Below, piece after piece: positions 1 through 10,937 of a DNA stretch of 64,000 bases (position 1 is its first letter; the number at the start of each line of letters is the position of its first letter). The notes under the pieces are model-generated. The model ran no database searches. It had not been told where the DNA came from and worked only from the letters and a program-made list of their open reading frames with translations. This DNA comes from an uncultured Verrucomicrobiae bacterium (GTDB lineage Bacteria; Verrucomicrobiota; Verrucomicrobiia; Chthoniobacterales; JAFAMB01): positions 1,664,001 to 1,728,000 of the forward strand of contig CAWIPH010000002.1 of assembly GCA_963837955.1 (NCBI GenBank), in the 5' to 3' direction. A program made the position numbers and the translations under genes.

Positions 1-89
1 GAGGTAGTCTCCTCCTGACTATCGACCAATTTCTCGCCCGACCAAAAGGTTGCTGCCCATCGCTGGCCGGCGGTGTGCAGACGTTCTAG

Positions 90-377
90 CTAGTGCCGGC
101 AGTGCACTACGACCTCACCGGTGATCATTTCCACTCGGCGGACCAGGCTGATCATTTCACCGTGTTGGATGAATTCCGCAGCCAGTCGATTGGATTCTTC
201 CGTTTGGGGGTTGTTTTCAAATATGCTCACCGTTGTCCATGTCCCGTCATCCGTCGCCACGCCGTAGTAGCCCAAAAAACCAGGCATTCGCTTGATGACC
301 GGCACAAAATCCTCGTTCACCATGCGAACCACCTCATCAACTGAGTCCGTCTTGTAGATTCGGATGCTTGCGTACAT
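90..377 (-). CDS. Small dimeric alpha/beta-barrel (ABM-like) protein
   Basis: 95 aa; the pattern FVPVIKRMPGFLGYY...TVSIFE is typical of ABM/Dabb-fold proteins; last gene of the minus-strand operon. Confidence 0.6.
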   Translation of the reverse strand: MYASIRIYKTDSVDEVVRMVNEDFVPVIKRMPGFLGYYGVATDDGTWTTVSIFENNPQTEESNRLAAEFIQHGEMISLVRRVEMITGEVVVHCRH

Positions 378-391
378 AGGTGTCTATCCCC

Positions 392-1666
392 TTATTCCTC
401 TGCAACTCGCAATAAATAAGCTGCCGCCACACATGTGACAAGGGCACCGACGGCGAGAGCCGCGAGGTCACCGGCGATGAAGTCCCAGTTTGCCCGATAC
501 AAATTCACGCTACGGAATGCCCGGCAAAAATGGGTTAGGGGAAAGAGCTCGGAAAAGATTCGCACACTAAAGGGAAGTTGCCTGAGGGCTGAGAATGCGC
601 CGGATAACAGCATTATCGGAAGCAGGAGAAAGATCGAGAACTGAATGGCCTGCGTTTGAGTCTTCGAGAGTGCTGAGATCAACAGTCCGAGACTGAGCGA
701 ACAAAGCAAAAACAAAAAGCAGATGACTGATAGCTGGAACGGCTCATGAATTTTGATTCCGAAATGAAAGTGTCCGATAGCGATCGTGCCGGCGATGATG
801 AAGAGCGAGATGAGGAGATAAGGCAGCACCTTTCCGATCACAATCTCTGATTGCCGCAGCGGCGTCACTAACAGTTGAGAGAGTGTGCCAGCTTCCCGCT
901 CTCGAGTAATCGTGCTCGCGATCAAGGTAACTGTGAGCAATTGGAGAATCAGACCGACCATCCCGGGGACAACATAATCCACAAACTGCAAGCCCGGGTT
1001 GTAAAGAATCTGGGCGTCGACCTGCCACGGAGTGAGAGCCGAGTTGAATTGATTCTGCGTTTCTTGAGAAAGCTGCTCACCTAAATCAATGACCTCCGTC
1101 GGCAGATTCTTGATGAGTTCAAACCTTTCGTTCACTTGGAACGCACCCAAAGCCTGTTGAAGCAGGGCTTGGATTGCCGGTGCCGTATCCGTATCGGATC
1201 CGTCCAGGATGGCTCGAATAGGGATCGGTTTGCCGTCGCGAATCGCCTTTCCCCATCCAGGCGGTATCATGATAGCCGCTTCACTACCGGCTTTGACTAG
1301 GTTAATTGGACCGGCTGCAGTTCCGGCCCACGGCTTCCAGATGAAAGTGTCCTTGAGAGTCTGCAGCAGATCATCCAGATCTTTTCGGGCCTTGTCCGGG
1401 TCGCTGCTACCTTCGACTAAAGCGGTGAAAATATCCTGGCCATGAAGCAGGTCGGCGAATTTCTTACTTTCGCTATCACCATCTTCGTTAAGGAACATGG
1501 TTGGTACGTCGCGAATCGCCGACCCCGCAAAAGCGTGCCCAAATACGAGCGTGAAAAAAGGGGGGAGGGCCAGGATCACGAGCAAAACCCGGCGATCCCT
1601 CCAAATATGGATAAACTCCTTGTGCGCGATGGTGAGGATCGCATTCCAGGAGTCGCCGAAATTCAT
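392..1666 (-). CDS. ABC-2 type exporter permease (YbhS/YbhR-like)
   Basis: N-terminal KEFIHIWRDRR, a large periplasmic loop, ITREREAGTLSQLLVTP and PLTHF motifs, several TM helices. Confidence 0.9.
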   Translation of the reverse strand: MNFGDSWNAILTIAHKEFIHIWRDRRVLLVILALPPFFTLVFGHAFAGSAIRDVPTMFLNEDGDSESKKFADLLHGQDIFTALVEGSSDPDKARKDLDDLLQTLKDTFIWKPWAGTAAGPINLVKAGSEAAIMIPPGWGKAIRDGKPIPIRAILDGSDTDTAPAIQALLQQALGAFQVNERFELIKNLPTEVIDLGEQLSQETQNQFNSALTPWQVDAQILYNPGLQFVDYVVPGMVGLILQLLTVTLIASTITREREAGTLSQLLVTPLRQSEIVIGKVLPYLLISLFIIAGTIAIGHFHFGIKIHEPFQLSVICFLFLLCSLSLGLLISALSKTQTQAIQFSIFLLLPIMLLSGAFSALRQLPFSVRIFSELFPLTHFCRAFRSVNLYRANWDFIAGDLAALAVGALVTCVAAAYLLRVAEE

Positions 1667-2628
1667 TTTGCGCTCGCCGCTTCCAGTTGAACTCGATGAT
1701 TTAGATCGTGACGTTGGGTGAATGCATTAAACACGTCTTCCATATCCGGCTCCACCCACGAGTAGCCGAGCCATTTCAGGTCTGGGAACGGCCAACGGTG
1801 GTGCCATTGCTTCAGCAGAGCGTGCGGATTCTCGGCATGCACTCGCAATCGTCCGCTCCGCAGATCCACACCGTTAACACCGGGGAATTTTCGCAACTCC
1901 AAAACGCCTGACATCGCAGGCTCAACGTGAACCTCAAGAAGATTTCCCCCTAAACGCATCTTTAGATCGCGCGGCGATCCTTTGGCGACCAACCGCCCTT
2001 GGTGGATAAAGCCCACTTCTGAACAGCGCTCGACCTCATCCATGTAGTGAGTCGTCACAAAGACGGTCGTTCCTGATTGAGTCACTTTATAAAGGAGATC
2101 CCAAATCCCTTGGCGATGAATCGGGTCGAGACCAGTAGTCGGTTCATCCAAAAACAAAAGTTCCGGCTCATGGATCAGAGCGCAAGCCACCGATAAAAGC
2201 TGCTTGTACCCACCAGACAGTTCTCCTGCCTTCGTGTGAGCATAGGATTCCAGATTCATTTCCATAAGCATTTGAGAAACCTTCTCCTCGAATTGGTCCT
2301 TGGGAACACGGTACGCTCCAGCAAAAAACCGAAGATTCTCGCAAACGGTTAGGTCGGGATAAAGGCTGAATCTTTGGGACACGTATCCAAACTTTGACCG
2401 AACGCGAAATCGATCCTTCCAAACATCCAGACCATCGATCGATGCGCTGCCGCTCGTTGGCTTGGCCAGACCGCATAGCATCCGGATAGTCGTGGTTTTA
2501 CCCGCACCGTTTGCACCCAGGAAACCGAAGATCTCACCAGCGCCGATCGACATCGAGATCTTATTGACAGCGGTCGTCTGGCCAAATCTCTTAACAAGAT
2601 CTTTGAGAACGATTAACGGCCTTGGCAT
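1663..2628 (-). CDS. ABC exporter ATP-binding protein (YbhF-like, single NBD)
   Basis: Walker A GANGAGKT, signature LSGG, Walker B LFLDEP, TTHYMDE; ATG at 2628 follows a GAGGA SD; overlaps the permease start by 4 nt. Confidence 0.92.
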   Translation of the reverse strand: MPRPLIVLKDLVKRFGQTTAVNKISMSIGAGEIFGFLGANGAGKTTTIRMLCGLAKPTSGSASIDGLDVWKDRFRVRSKFGYVSQRFSLYPDLTVCENLRFFAGAYRVPKDQFEEKVSQMLMEMNLESYAHTKAGELSGGYKQLLSVACALIHEPELLFLDEPTTGLDPIHRQGIWDLLYKVTQSGTTVFVTTHYMDEVERCSEVGFIHQGRLVAKGSPRDLKMRLGGNLLEVHVEPAMSGVLELRKFPGVNGVDLRSGRLRVHAENPHALLKQWHHRWPFPDLKWLGYSWVEPDMEDVFNAFTQRHDLNHRVQLEAASAK

Positions 2629-2680
2629 GAATTCCTCAGCGGACCTTCGATTCGAATCCGATCGCTGCTCCCCAGCGCGG

Positions 2681-3631
2681 TCAAAATGTTGTTGATAGTC
2701 CAACCCGGACGTAGGGCGCCCAATCCGAGGAGGTTACTTTGAAGTTCGCTCGAGAATAATTGAATTGCCTGTAAGGCACGACGCCTCCCTCGACGTCAAG
2801 CTTGACGCCGTTCCAGATCGTCCAGGTCAATCCTCCACCTCCCCGGACTTCCCAATAATCCAGGATCGCATTGTTGAGTTTTTCCAGACGAACGGAATGG
2901 CCAAACTGGTTATCCATACGAAATGTACCGGTCCGCAGATCAGCTCCAGCGAATAAAGTAATTTTGTCTGTGAGACCAAATTGCACTTGTGGCCGCGGCG
3001 CAATTCCTTCTATCAGCCAACGATCAGAGACCTTCCAGTGGACGCCGACCGCAGGAATCACCGGCCAATCCGAGTTGGGGTCAATGCTCAGGCCGGCGAT
3101 GAAGATCAAATCAGGACTCTGAAAATACGACGCGCCTATGGTAATAGGAACATTAAAAAGGCGAGGGGTGGCGTGCTTAAAACTACCATAAACACCCGGA
3201 TGGGCTTCGACCCTGAGCAGAATCGCCGAAGTTAGCTGGAGATCCCCTCCGATCACCGCATTCACCGCCTCAATCGAGTCGGGTATCGGGGTAACCGGAT
3301 TATTCGTATCGAATGCGTAGCGCTCCCATTGGACGCCTAAGCGCAGTATAAAATTATCCCGGATCTGATCTGATACGACGATGCTCGCACCACTATGGAT
3401 TTCCGAAAAATTTCCATAATTAACCGGGCCGTGCGTGGCCGAGCCAGAGCCAATGTATGAGGCTTCGGCATCTAGCTCGTAAGAGAACGGTGAGACAGTC
3501 GCGCCGCGCTGCGATTGGGTCGGAATGGGGGCGACCGAGAGAGTCTGAGCGTGGATGGTCAACAACGGCAGACCAGCCGCCGCCAGGGACAGGGCGTGCG
3601 CAAAGCGCTTGAGCGAAAATCGGACATGCAT
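2681..3631 (-). CDS. Outer-membrane beta-barrel protein (DUF6268-like)
   Basis: Signal peptide, alternating amphipathic beta strands, C-terminal Phe (YVRVGLSTTF); start may be 3631 or 3670. Confidence 0.7.
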   Translation of the reverse strand: MHVRFSLKRFAHALSLAAAGLPLLTIHAQTLSVAPIPTQSQRGATVSPFSYELDAEASYIGSGSATHGPVNYGNFSEIHSGASIVVSDQIRDNFILRLGVQWERYAFDTNNPVTPIPDSIEAVNAVIGGDLQLTSAILLRVEAHPGVYGSFKHATPRLFNVPITIGASYFQSPDLIFIAGLSIDPNSDWPVIPAVGVHWKVSDRWLIEGIAPRPQVQFGLTDKITLFAGADLRTGTFRMDNQFGHSVRLEKLNNAILDYWEVRGGGGLTWTIWNGVKLDVEGGVVPYRQFNYSRANFKVTSSDWAPYVRVGLSTTF

Positions 3632-3659
3632 GGTTGTACTGGCTCCATTCCCCACTTGG

Positions 3660-4736
3660 TTATCTACCACGAGGTGTGTCTTTGAGGAAAGCTCTTATGT
3701 TTCCTTGTATTTCCCGCATCATAGCGGCGCCCGAACCGAGTCGCTCCGCTCCACGCATTTCGCCCAAGGTAGCCGAGGAAACGAGATCGACGCGCCAAAT
3801 CAGGGTGGCCTCGCTACCGTCTACTTGCACCGGCCAAAGCTGCTGAAGGGTCACCGCGGCGTAATAACCTCCGCTGGAATAAAATCCGAGGTCGGCTGCT
3901 TGCCAGCCGTCCCCTACGGCTTTTGCGTAAAAAGCATCCAGACTTACGGCTGCTAGACTTACGACTGATTGCCCGCCAGCGTGAAAGAGTTGCCAGGAGA
4001 GAGACGGGGTCAGCGACCCGCGCCCTCCTCCAATTGCCGTAGACGAAATCAACGGCGAGAATTGTGACCGAACGGAGCCGCTCTCCTCTAGCAAACGCGC
4101 TACTTCGTCTGCAGCGGGAATGGTGGAACCAGTTGTCTGATAGGGCGGTTCCGCGGCAAGACCACCCGAAACAAAGCTTTTGACCCGTTGCGCCAACACT
4201 TGGCTCCAGAATGCAACCACCGGGGCAGGAATCGTTCCGCCGCTTGATGAACCTCCGGCGGTATATTGCTTCACCTCGGCGCTACTGAGCTGCAGCTTCG
4301 AGGCGTCTCCGGGAAGTTTCTCAGTCGCCTCGACGAACGCTTTAACTGCAGAGTTGGAAGGGACGGAGGCAAGGTTTTGAAAATCATTGGGACTTGCCCT
4401 CTCAGAAATATCTTCCTGGACGTACACTCTCAATTCCGGGTGACGGGTTGGACGCCATTGCTGAATAATGCCAACGGTTGTTTTGACTGGACTACGCACG
4501 ATATAGGCGCTTTGCACCGATCCCCCCCGCGAAAACCGCATACCTGGTCCTTGAGAGGCCAAAACATCGCCGGCCGCCAATTTCGCCATATCGGCATTCT
4601 TGAACACCGACAATGAGCGTAATTCGGTGATCGGGTCCGCTTTGGCGGTCAAGCAGGGCGCTAGCGCTCCGGCCAGGACCACGAGGACCGTGGCAAGAAA
4701 TCGTTGGTTGGCGTTCATAAGTTTGTTCGTGTTCAT
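3660..4736 (-). CDS. Secreted/periplasmic hypothetical protein
   Basis: 358 aa ORF with a signal peptide ending TAKA; first gene of the operon. Confidence 0.75.
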   Translation of the reverse strand: MNTNKLMNANQRFLATVLVVLAGALAPCLTAKADPITELRSLSVFKNADMAKLAAGDVLASQGPGMRFSRGGSVQSAYIVRSPVKTTVGIIQQWRPTRHPELRVYVQEDISERASPNDFQNLASVPSNSAVKAFVEATEKLPGDASKLQLSSAEVKQYTAGGSSSGGTIPAPVVAFWSQVLAQRVKSFVSGGLAAEPPYQTTGSTIPAADEVARLLEESGSVRSQFSPLISSTAIGGGRGSLTPSLSWQLFHAGGQSVVSLAAVSLDAFYAKAVGDGWQAADLGFYSSGGYYAAVTLQQLWPVQVDGSEATLIWRVDLVSSATLGEMRGAERLGSGAAMMREIQGNIRAFLKDTPRGR

Positions 4737-4950
4737 AAGCGGCTATTTGGTTCTGGCAAATCCGTAAAAAACCTATCGTCCCAGAATCTACGGCGCTACC
4801 CCTCGATCGGGTAATTCCTTCTGGATAGATTACTTACGTCCGTTCCTGTTCCTTCCCCGTCCCGCAGGGGCCCTGGGGCCGTGAATGGCTATGATCCAAC
4901 CGGCTGTTTGACCTGGCTGCGCTGAAAGAAAACTCTTGCGCCTCGCCTAA

Positions 4951-4970
4951 ATGCAAGTAATTACTTGCAT
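4951..4970. promoter_or_regulatory. Perfect 20-bp palindrome, probable TetR operator
   Basis: ATGCAAGTAA-TTACTTGCAT at the 5' end of a tetR gene. Confidence 0.7.
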
Positions 4971-5604
4971 AGCCAAATCCGAGCCCAAACCCGAACCCAA
5001 TCTAGCCAGCCGCACGCGCTCCTATGGCGACGATACTCGCCAGCGTATTCTGAAAGCCGCCGAAAAGGTCTTTTCCCGCGATGGTTTCCAAGGCGCAACC
5101 ACCCGGGAAATTGCCCGCGAAGCCCAAGTGAACGAAGTCACGCTTTTTCGTCACTTCCGGACCCGGGATGAGCTTTTGCGTGAGACGATTCTGTGCGGGG
5201 CCATTGCTCCTGAGGATCTCGTTGGCCCACGAGCCTCGTGGAAGAGCGATTTGCCCGGCCAATTGGAGCAGTATGTTCGGAAATATTACGCACTGCTTTT
5301 GGAACGGGAAGCATTGGTCAGGGCTGTAGTCGGTGAGGGAAGAATTCTTCCGCCTGCTGTTCGCCAAGCTGTACTGGAAAAAATGGCGCCGATGAGGGCC
5401 ATTCTGGTTGATCGTCTGCAGGCGGCACAGGGGGCGGGATGCGTGCGCCCGGATGTCGACCTCGACTGTGCCATTGATATTCTTCGGGACGCTGTCCACA
5501 CGGGAATGCTTCGTCACACCGCATACGGTACGAGTGGCTATTCCGTTGATACCTATCTAAAAACGGTAGTCGCGATCTTCATTCAAGGAGTCAGGAACTC
5601 CTAG
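4951..5604 (+). CDS. TetR/AcrR family transcriptional regulator
   Basis: HTH: RQRILKAAEKVFSRDGFQGATTREIAREAQVNEVTLFRHF; divergent from the ABC operon; exact start uncertain. Confidence 0.92.
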   Translation: MQVITCIAKSEPKPEPNLASRTRSYGDDTRQRILKAAEKVFSRDGFQGATTREIAREAQVNEVTLFRHFRTRDELLRETILCGAIAPEDLVGPRASWKSDLPGQLEQYVRKYYALLLEREALVRAVVGEGRILPPAVRQAVLEKMAPMRAILVDRLQAAQGAGCVRPDVDLDCAIDILRDAVHTGMLRHTAYGTSGYSVDTYLKTVVAIFIQGVRNS

Positions 5605-5681
5605 CGAGTATCACGCAAACGCCTGCGCGAATTCATGGCGGACCCTGACAGCGATCTTCCTGACCATTGACAAGTCAAATA

Positions 5682-5707
5682 AGTGACGAATAATGACATT
5701 CATCACT
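5682..5707. promoter_or_regulatory. TetR operator copy 1 (AGTGA-N16-TCACT), overlapping a TTGACA (5667-5672) promoter
   Basis: The same 26-bp inverted-repeat motif recurs at 6338 and 6509. Confidence 0.65.
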
Positions 5708-6319
5708 TCTATCGCCACAGCCCCCCATTTTGCCCGTAAACGTTTGACCCGCGATGAAACACGCGAGCGGATTATGATCAAAGCCGACGAGTTGTTTCGT
5801 CAGTACGGTTTCGTCAAAACAACGGTCGCGGATATCGCCGCGGAGTTGGGCATGTCGCCGGCAAACATTTACAAATTCTTTTCCTCCAAAGAGGCCATTA
5901 TCCAGGCAAGTGCCGACCGCAACCTGGTGGTTATCACCGAAGCCGTGCACCGGCACATCGTCGCGTCCGGAGCGGCACTGGATCGAATCGAAAAGGTGCT
6001 CCTGACCGTTTACCGGCACAATGTAGATATTTTGCGCAACGAGAGACAGGTTTTTAAATTGATGATCTGGGCCTACGAACAAAAGTGGGATTGCGTCGCG
6101 GCGTTCGACAAGTTTCTATTACAAACATTCACGAAACTCGTGAAAGAAGGAATGAGCACCGGCGAATTCAAATCCGGGGATGCATTGGCGACAGCGCACC
6201 TGCTCTTTGATTGCCTGATCTTGATTAGAACGCCGCATCTTTATCAGCAGGAGGGCCGAGAATTAAATGAAAACCGGATTCGTGGCATGATCCGATTTCT
6301 CGGACACGCTTTAAAATAG
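5693..6319 (+). CDS. TetR/AcrR family regulator of the adjacent RND pump
   Basis: HTH: TRERIMIKADELFRQYGFVKTTVADIAAELGMSPANIYKFF; the true start may be slightly downstream. Confidence 0.92.
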   Translation: MTFITSIATAPHFARKRLTRDETRERIMIKADELFRQYGFVKTTVADIAAELGMSPANIYKFFSSKEAIIQASADRNLVVITEAVHRHIVASGAALDRIEKVLLTVYRHNVDILRNERQVFKLMIWAYEQKWDCVAAFDKFLLQTFTKLVKEGMSTGEFKSGDALATAHLLFDCLILIRTPHLYQQEGRELNENRIRGMIRFLGHALK

Positions 6320-6337
6320 CATATTTTTTCATCGCTT

Positions 6338-6363
6338 AGTGATGAATGAACGAAAATATCACT
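6338..6363. promoter_or_regulatory. TetR operator copy 2
   Basis: AGTGATGAATGAACGAAAATATCACT. Confidence 0.6.
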
Positions 6364-6508
6364 TATGAAATTGGCTCCTCGAATAGATAGCTCAAGTGAA
6401 AACACCACCAGTCCCCAGAGAACAAAAACCCTATTTTCTGACCGGTAGGAATAAGCGAAGCGCTTGGTTCCTTTTCCGTTTTGCGGTTACAAAATTTTTT
6501 TATCGTTT

Positions 6509-6534
6509 AGTGATGAATAAACAAAAACGTCACT
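6509..6534. promoter_or_regulatory. TetR operator copy 3, upstream of acrA
   Basis: AGTGATGAATAAACAAAAACGTCACT. Confidence 0.65.
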
Positions 6535-6593
6535 TGTAAACTAAGCAATCCTTTTGCCCTTGTCGACCCCTCTATCTCTCGCCGCGTCAACCT

Positions 6594-7763
6594 ATGAAAT
6601 TTTCCTCTCTCTCCTGGTTTAATCTTTGCCTCCTGGCTGTCGCTCTATCCGGCTGCGGTAAGTCCGATCACTCCGACCCTTCTTCCGGACCTCGCACCCC
6701 GGTTCAGGAAGTCGGAGTCGTCACCCTTACTCCCCAACGGGTTGCGATTATCGAGGAGTTGCCGGGACGGACGACCGCCTTCCGGATTTCGGATGTTCGC
6801 CCTCAAGTCAATGGAATCATCATGAAACGGATGTTTACCGAGGGGAGTGAAGTAACGGAAGGGCAACAGCTTTATCAGATCGATCTGGCAAGCTATCAGG
6901 CAGCCTATGACAGCGCTAAGGCGAATCTCGCCAAAGCGGAGGCAACGCTCGCGGTCGACAGGTTGACCGAACAACGCCAGAAAAAGTTAGTGGATACGCA
7001 TGTTATTGCTCCACAGGATTACGACACCACGTACGCCACGATGAAAGAAGCGGAGGCGGATGTCGCCTTGAATAAAGCGTTGGTGGAGACAGCACAAATT
7101 AATCAAACTTACACCAAGGTTCTATCGCCGATTTCCGGACGCATCGGGCGTTCTTCAGTAACCGAAGGCGCCTTGGTGACCAATGGTCAAACCGCCGCGC
7201 TGGCAACCGTCCAGCAACTCGACCCGATCTATGTCGACCTCACGCAATCCAGCAGCCAACTCCTGCGATTGCAGCGTGAATTGAATAACGGTCAGCTCAA
7301 ATCCGTACGCGATCAAAATGCTGAGGTAAGTCTGATTCTGGAAGACGGCACGGAATATCCGGAAAAGGGCATTCTCCAGTTTTCCGAAGTTAGTGTCGAT
7401 CAAGGAACTGGCTCAGTCACCTTGCGAGCCGTGTTTCCCAACCCTCGCCAGGTCTTGCTCCCCGGCATGTTCGTTCGTGCGCAAGTCGAGGAAGGCGTGA
7501 ACCAACAAGCCATCCTCGTTCCACAACGCGGCGTCACTCGCAATCAGCAGGGTCAGCCTACGGCGCTAGTTGTGGGAGCGAAGAATAAGGTCGAACTCCG
7601 GACGCTGCACACGGAACGTACGATCGGAGAAAACTGGCTGGTGACGTCCGGTCTAAGCGCGGGCGACAAGGTGATTATCGACGGTTTGCAGAAGGTTGCG
7701 CCCGGAGCCGAAGTCAAAACCGTCGCACTCGATGCGGACGGATTTCCCGTTGCCCGGAAATAA
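6594..7763 (+). CDS. acrA: RND efflux periplasmic adaptor (AcrA/MexA family) lipoprotein
   Basis: Lipobox [34 protein letters not shown] and LLPGMFV motifs. Confidence 0.93.
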   Translation: MKFSSLSWFNLCLLAVALSGCGKSDHSDPSSGPRTPVQEVGVVTLTPQRVAIIEELPGRTTAFRISDVRPQVNGIIMKRMFTEGSEVTEGQQLYQIDLASYQAAYDSAKANLAKAEATLAVDRLTEQRQKKLVDTHVIAPQDYDTTYATMKEAEADVALNKALVETAQINQTYTKVLSPISGRIGRSSVTEGALVTNGQTAALATVQQLDPIYVDLTQSSSQLLRLQRELNNGQLKSVRDQNAEVSLILEDGTEYPEKGILQFSEVSVDQGTGSVTLRAVFPNPRQVLLPGMFVRAQVEEGVNQQAILVPQRGVTRNQQGQPTALVVGAKNKVELRTLHTERTIGENWLVTSGLSAGDKVIIDGLQKVAPGAEVKTVALDADGFPVARK

Positions 7764-7774
7764 GAGGAGCAGCC

Positions 7775-10700
7775 ATGGCAAACTTTTTCATCAATCGTCC
7801 GGTTTTCGCCTGGGTCATTGCCATCATTTTGATGATGGCTGGCGCGCTATCCATTACCAACCTCCCTGTCGCGCAATATCCGAGCATTGCGCCACCTGCT
7901 GTTTCTATTACGGTTATCGATCCAGGGGCATCGGCTGAAACTGTTCAAAGCACCGTAGTCCAGGTGATCGAACAGCAGCTAAATGGGATCGACAACCTGA
8001 TCTATTTCTCCTCCGAGAGCGACAAGGACGGGAGCATGACGATCACGCTTAACTTTAAGCAGGGAACGAATCCCGACATCGCTCAAGTACAAGTGCAAAA
8101 CAAGTTGCAACTAGCGACTGCGCTACTGCCCCCCGAGGTTCAGCAACAAGGCATCCGTGTTTCGAAAGCCACCAAGAACTTCCTGCTCGCTGTAGCGTTC
8201 GTTTCGACGGACGGTTCCATGAGTTCAGGGGATATCGGAGATTTCATTGTATCCAACATCCAGGATCCGGTCAGCCGCACCAATGGAGTCGGCGATTTTC
8301 AGACCTTTGGTGGAGCTCAATACGCAATGCGCATTTGGCTCGATCCGGCGAAGTTAAATAACTACGGGCTCACCCCGGTCGACATCGGCAACGCAATCAC
8401 CGCGCAAAACGTCCAAATCGCGTCCGGAGAACTGGGTGGACTGCCGTCGATTTCGAAACAGCAGCTCAACGCGACTGTGATCGGTCCCTCCCGCCTGCAA
8501 ACGGCTGAGGAATTCGGCAATATTCTTCTGAAAGTCAATCCGGACGGTTCCCAGGTCCGTCTACACGATGTCGCAAACGTGAGCCTGGGTGGTGAAAATT
8601 ATTCAACCGATACGAAGTACAATGGCAAACCGGCTTCTGCCATCGCGGTCAAACTTGCGACCGGCGCGAACGCGCTCAAGACAGCCGAAGCCGTCAAGGC
8701 GACGATTGAAAAACTAAAGCCGACCTTTCCTCACGGCATTGTAGCGGAATACCCGTACGACACGACGCCATTCGTCAGGATTTCGATCGAAGAAGTGGTC
8801 AAAACATTGATTGAGGCGATCGTTTTGGTGTTCCTCGTGATGTATCTTTTTCTGCAGAACATCCGGGCAACGCTGATTCCGACCATTGCCGTTCCGGTTA
8901 TTCTGCTCGGTACATTTGCGGTGCTCTCGCTCACCGGCTTCTCGATCAATACACTAACCATGTTTGGTATGGTTCTCGCCATCGGACTTTTGGTGGATGA
9001 CGCCATTGTTGTTGTCGAGAACGTGGAACGTCTGATGGCCGAGGAAGGGCTCTCGCCTAAAGAGGCCACCATAAAATCGATGAACCAAATCACCGGCGCT
9101 TTGGTCGGCATCGCGCTGGTCTTGTCCGCTGTCTTTGTTCCGATGGCTTTCTTTGGTGGCTCAACCGGAGTCATCTATCGTCAATTCTCCATCACCATCG
9201 TCTCGGCGATGATACTTTCCGTATTAGTTGCGATCATCTTTACGCCGGCTCTTTGTGCAACCCTTTTAAAGCCGGTCAAAAAAGGGCACCAGGAAAAGAA
9301 GCGTGGGTTCTTCGGTTGGTTCAACCGCATGTTCGACGCCGGCAACCGCGGGTACACGTCCGGCGTCGGCTATATCATCCGCCGTGGCGGTCGTCACTTT
9401 GCGATCTATCTGGCGATTGTTGGAGTCATGGGATTCCTGTTTACACGCCTCCCCAGATCGTTTCTACCGGATGAGGATCAAGGGATCCTATTTGCCCAGG
9501 TCACGACCCCGCCGGGAACACCTCAGAAATACACGCAAAATGTATTGGACCGGATGAATGAATATTTCCTAACCAAAGAAGGCGCTGCCGTCAGTTCAGT
9601 GCTCACTGTTGCCGGCTTCAGTTTCGGCGGTCGCGGTCAAAGTTCCGGACTCATCTTCGTTAGGCTCAAGGATTGGGCGGAACGGCCCGGCGCGAAAAAC
9701 AGAGTACAAGCCATCGCCAGGCGGGCCATGGGCCGGTTCCTGCAGTATCGGGACGCACTGGCCTTCGCGTTCGCTCCACCTGCAGCGATTGAGCTCGGCA
9801 ATGCAACCGGGTTCGATTTCGAATTGATCGACCGGGCAAACGTAGGTCACGCCAAGTTGATGGAAGCGCGGAACCAACTCCTTAAGATGGCTAACCAAAA
9901 TCCGAACTTGGCGGCAGTTCGTTCCAATGGGTTAAACGACGAACCACAATACAAAATCGAGATCGACCGTGAAAAAGCAAACGCGCTCAGTCTGACTGTG
10001 GCGGATGTGAACACCACCCTCTCCGCCGCTTGGGGATCCGAATTCATCGACCAGTTTACGGATCGTGGCCGAGTCAAAAAAGTGTTCATTCAAGGCAGCG
10101 ACAGCTCGCGAATGGTTCCAGAGAACTTCAATGACTGGTATGTTCGAAATAGCCTCCGGCAAATGGTACCATTCGCCGCGTTTTCGCAAGGTTCATGGAT
10201 CTACGGTTCGCCCAAACTCGAGCGATACAATGGCGGTCCGTCCGCCGAAATCCTGGGTGAACCCGCGCCTGGGTTAAGCACTGGTTTAGCCATGGATACA
10301 ATGGAAAAACTGACCGAGAAGCTTCCGCCCGGCATCGGATTCGATTGGACTGGGCTTTCCTACGAAGAACGGGAGGGAGGTTCCCAAGTTGGAATATTGT
10401 ATGCGATCTCGCTAACCGTCGTCTTTCTCTCTTTGGCTGCACTTTACGAGAGCTGGTCCATTCCGGTGGCCGTCATTCTGGTTGTTCCACTTGGAGTCTT
10501 GGGCGCTGTCTTGGCTACCTTTCTGCGGGGCCTATCGAATGATGTCTTTTTTCAAGTGGGCCTTCTAACCACCATTGGACTTTCGGCCAAGAACGCGATC
10601 CTGATCGTCGAATTCGCGAAAGAAAACTTCGAGAAAGGAATGAATCTGGTCGAAGCCGCGAAACATGCAGCCGCCCAGCGTTTGCGTCCAATTCTGATGA

Positions 10701-10894
10701 CTTCGTTTGCCTTTGTCATGGGTGTCATGCCGCTGGCCGTCTCAAGTGGCGCCGGTTCTGGCGGTCAAAACGCAATCGGAACGGGCACAATCGGGGGCAT
10801 GCTTTCCGCGACGGTGCTGGCCATTTTTTTCGTGCCGCTCTTTTTCGTAGCCACTTTGCGATTGTTCAGAGTGAAACCGAAGACATCAAAATAA
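7775..10894 (+). CDS. acrB: HAE1 RND efflux permease (AcrB/MexB family)
   Basis: 1039 aa; [51 protein letters not shown]. Confidence 0.97.
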   Translation: MANFFINRPVFAWVIAIILMMAGALSITNLPVAQYPSIAPPAVSITVIDPGASAETVQSTVVQVIEQQLNGIDNLIYFSSESDKDGSMTITLNFKQGTNPDIAQVQVQNKLQLATALLPPEVQQQGIRVSKATKNFLLAVAFVSTDGSMSSGDIGDFIVSNIQDPVSRTNGVGDFQTFGGAQYAMRIWLDPAKLNNYGLTPVDIGNAITAQNVQIASGELGGLPSISKQQLNATVIGPSRLQTAEEFGNILLKVNPDGSQVRLHDVANVSLGGENYSTDTKYNGKPASAIAVKLATGANALKTAEAVKATIEKLKPTFPHGIVAEYPYDTTPFVRISIEEVVKTLIEAIVLVFLVMYLFLQNIRATLIPTIAVPVILLGTFAVLSLTGFSINTLTMFGMVLAIGLLVDDAIVVVENVERLMAEEGLSPKEATIKSMNQITGALVGIALVLSAVFVPMAFFGGSTGVIYRQFSITIVSAMILSVLVAIIFTPALCATLLKPVKKGHQEKKRGFFGWFNRMFDAGNRGYTSGVGYIIRRGGRHFAIYLAIVGVMGFLFTRLPRSFLPDEDQGILFAQVTTPPGTPQKYTQNVLDRMNEYFLTKEGAAVSSVLTVAGFSFGGRGQSSGLIFVRLKDWAERPGAKNRVQAIARRAMGRFLQYRDALAFAFAPPAAIELGNATGFDFELIDRANVGHAKLMEARNQLLKMANQNPNLAAVRSNGLNDEPQYKIEIDREKANALSLTVADVNTTLSAAWGSEFIDQFTDRGRVKKVFIQGSDSSRMVPENFNDWYVRNSLRQMVPFAAFSQGSWIYGSPKLERYNGGPSAEILGEPAPGLSTGLAMDTMEKLTEKLPPGIGFDWTGLSYEEREGGSQVGILYAISLTVVFLSLAALYESWSIPVAVILVVPLGVLGAVLATFLRGLSNDVFFQVGLLTTIGLSAKNAILIVEFAKENFEKGMNLVEAAKHAAAQRLRPILMTSFAFVMGVMPLAVSSGAGSGGQNAIGTGTIGGMLSATVLAIFFVPLFFVATLRLFRVKPKTSK

Positions 10895-10937
10895 TGCCCG
10901 ACTATTAGACGGTCCCTCTTTGGAGAGAACTCCGGCG

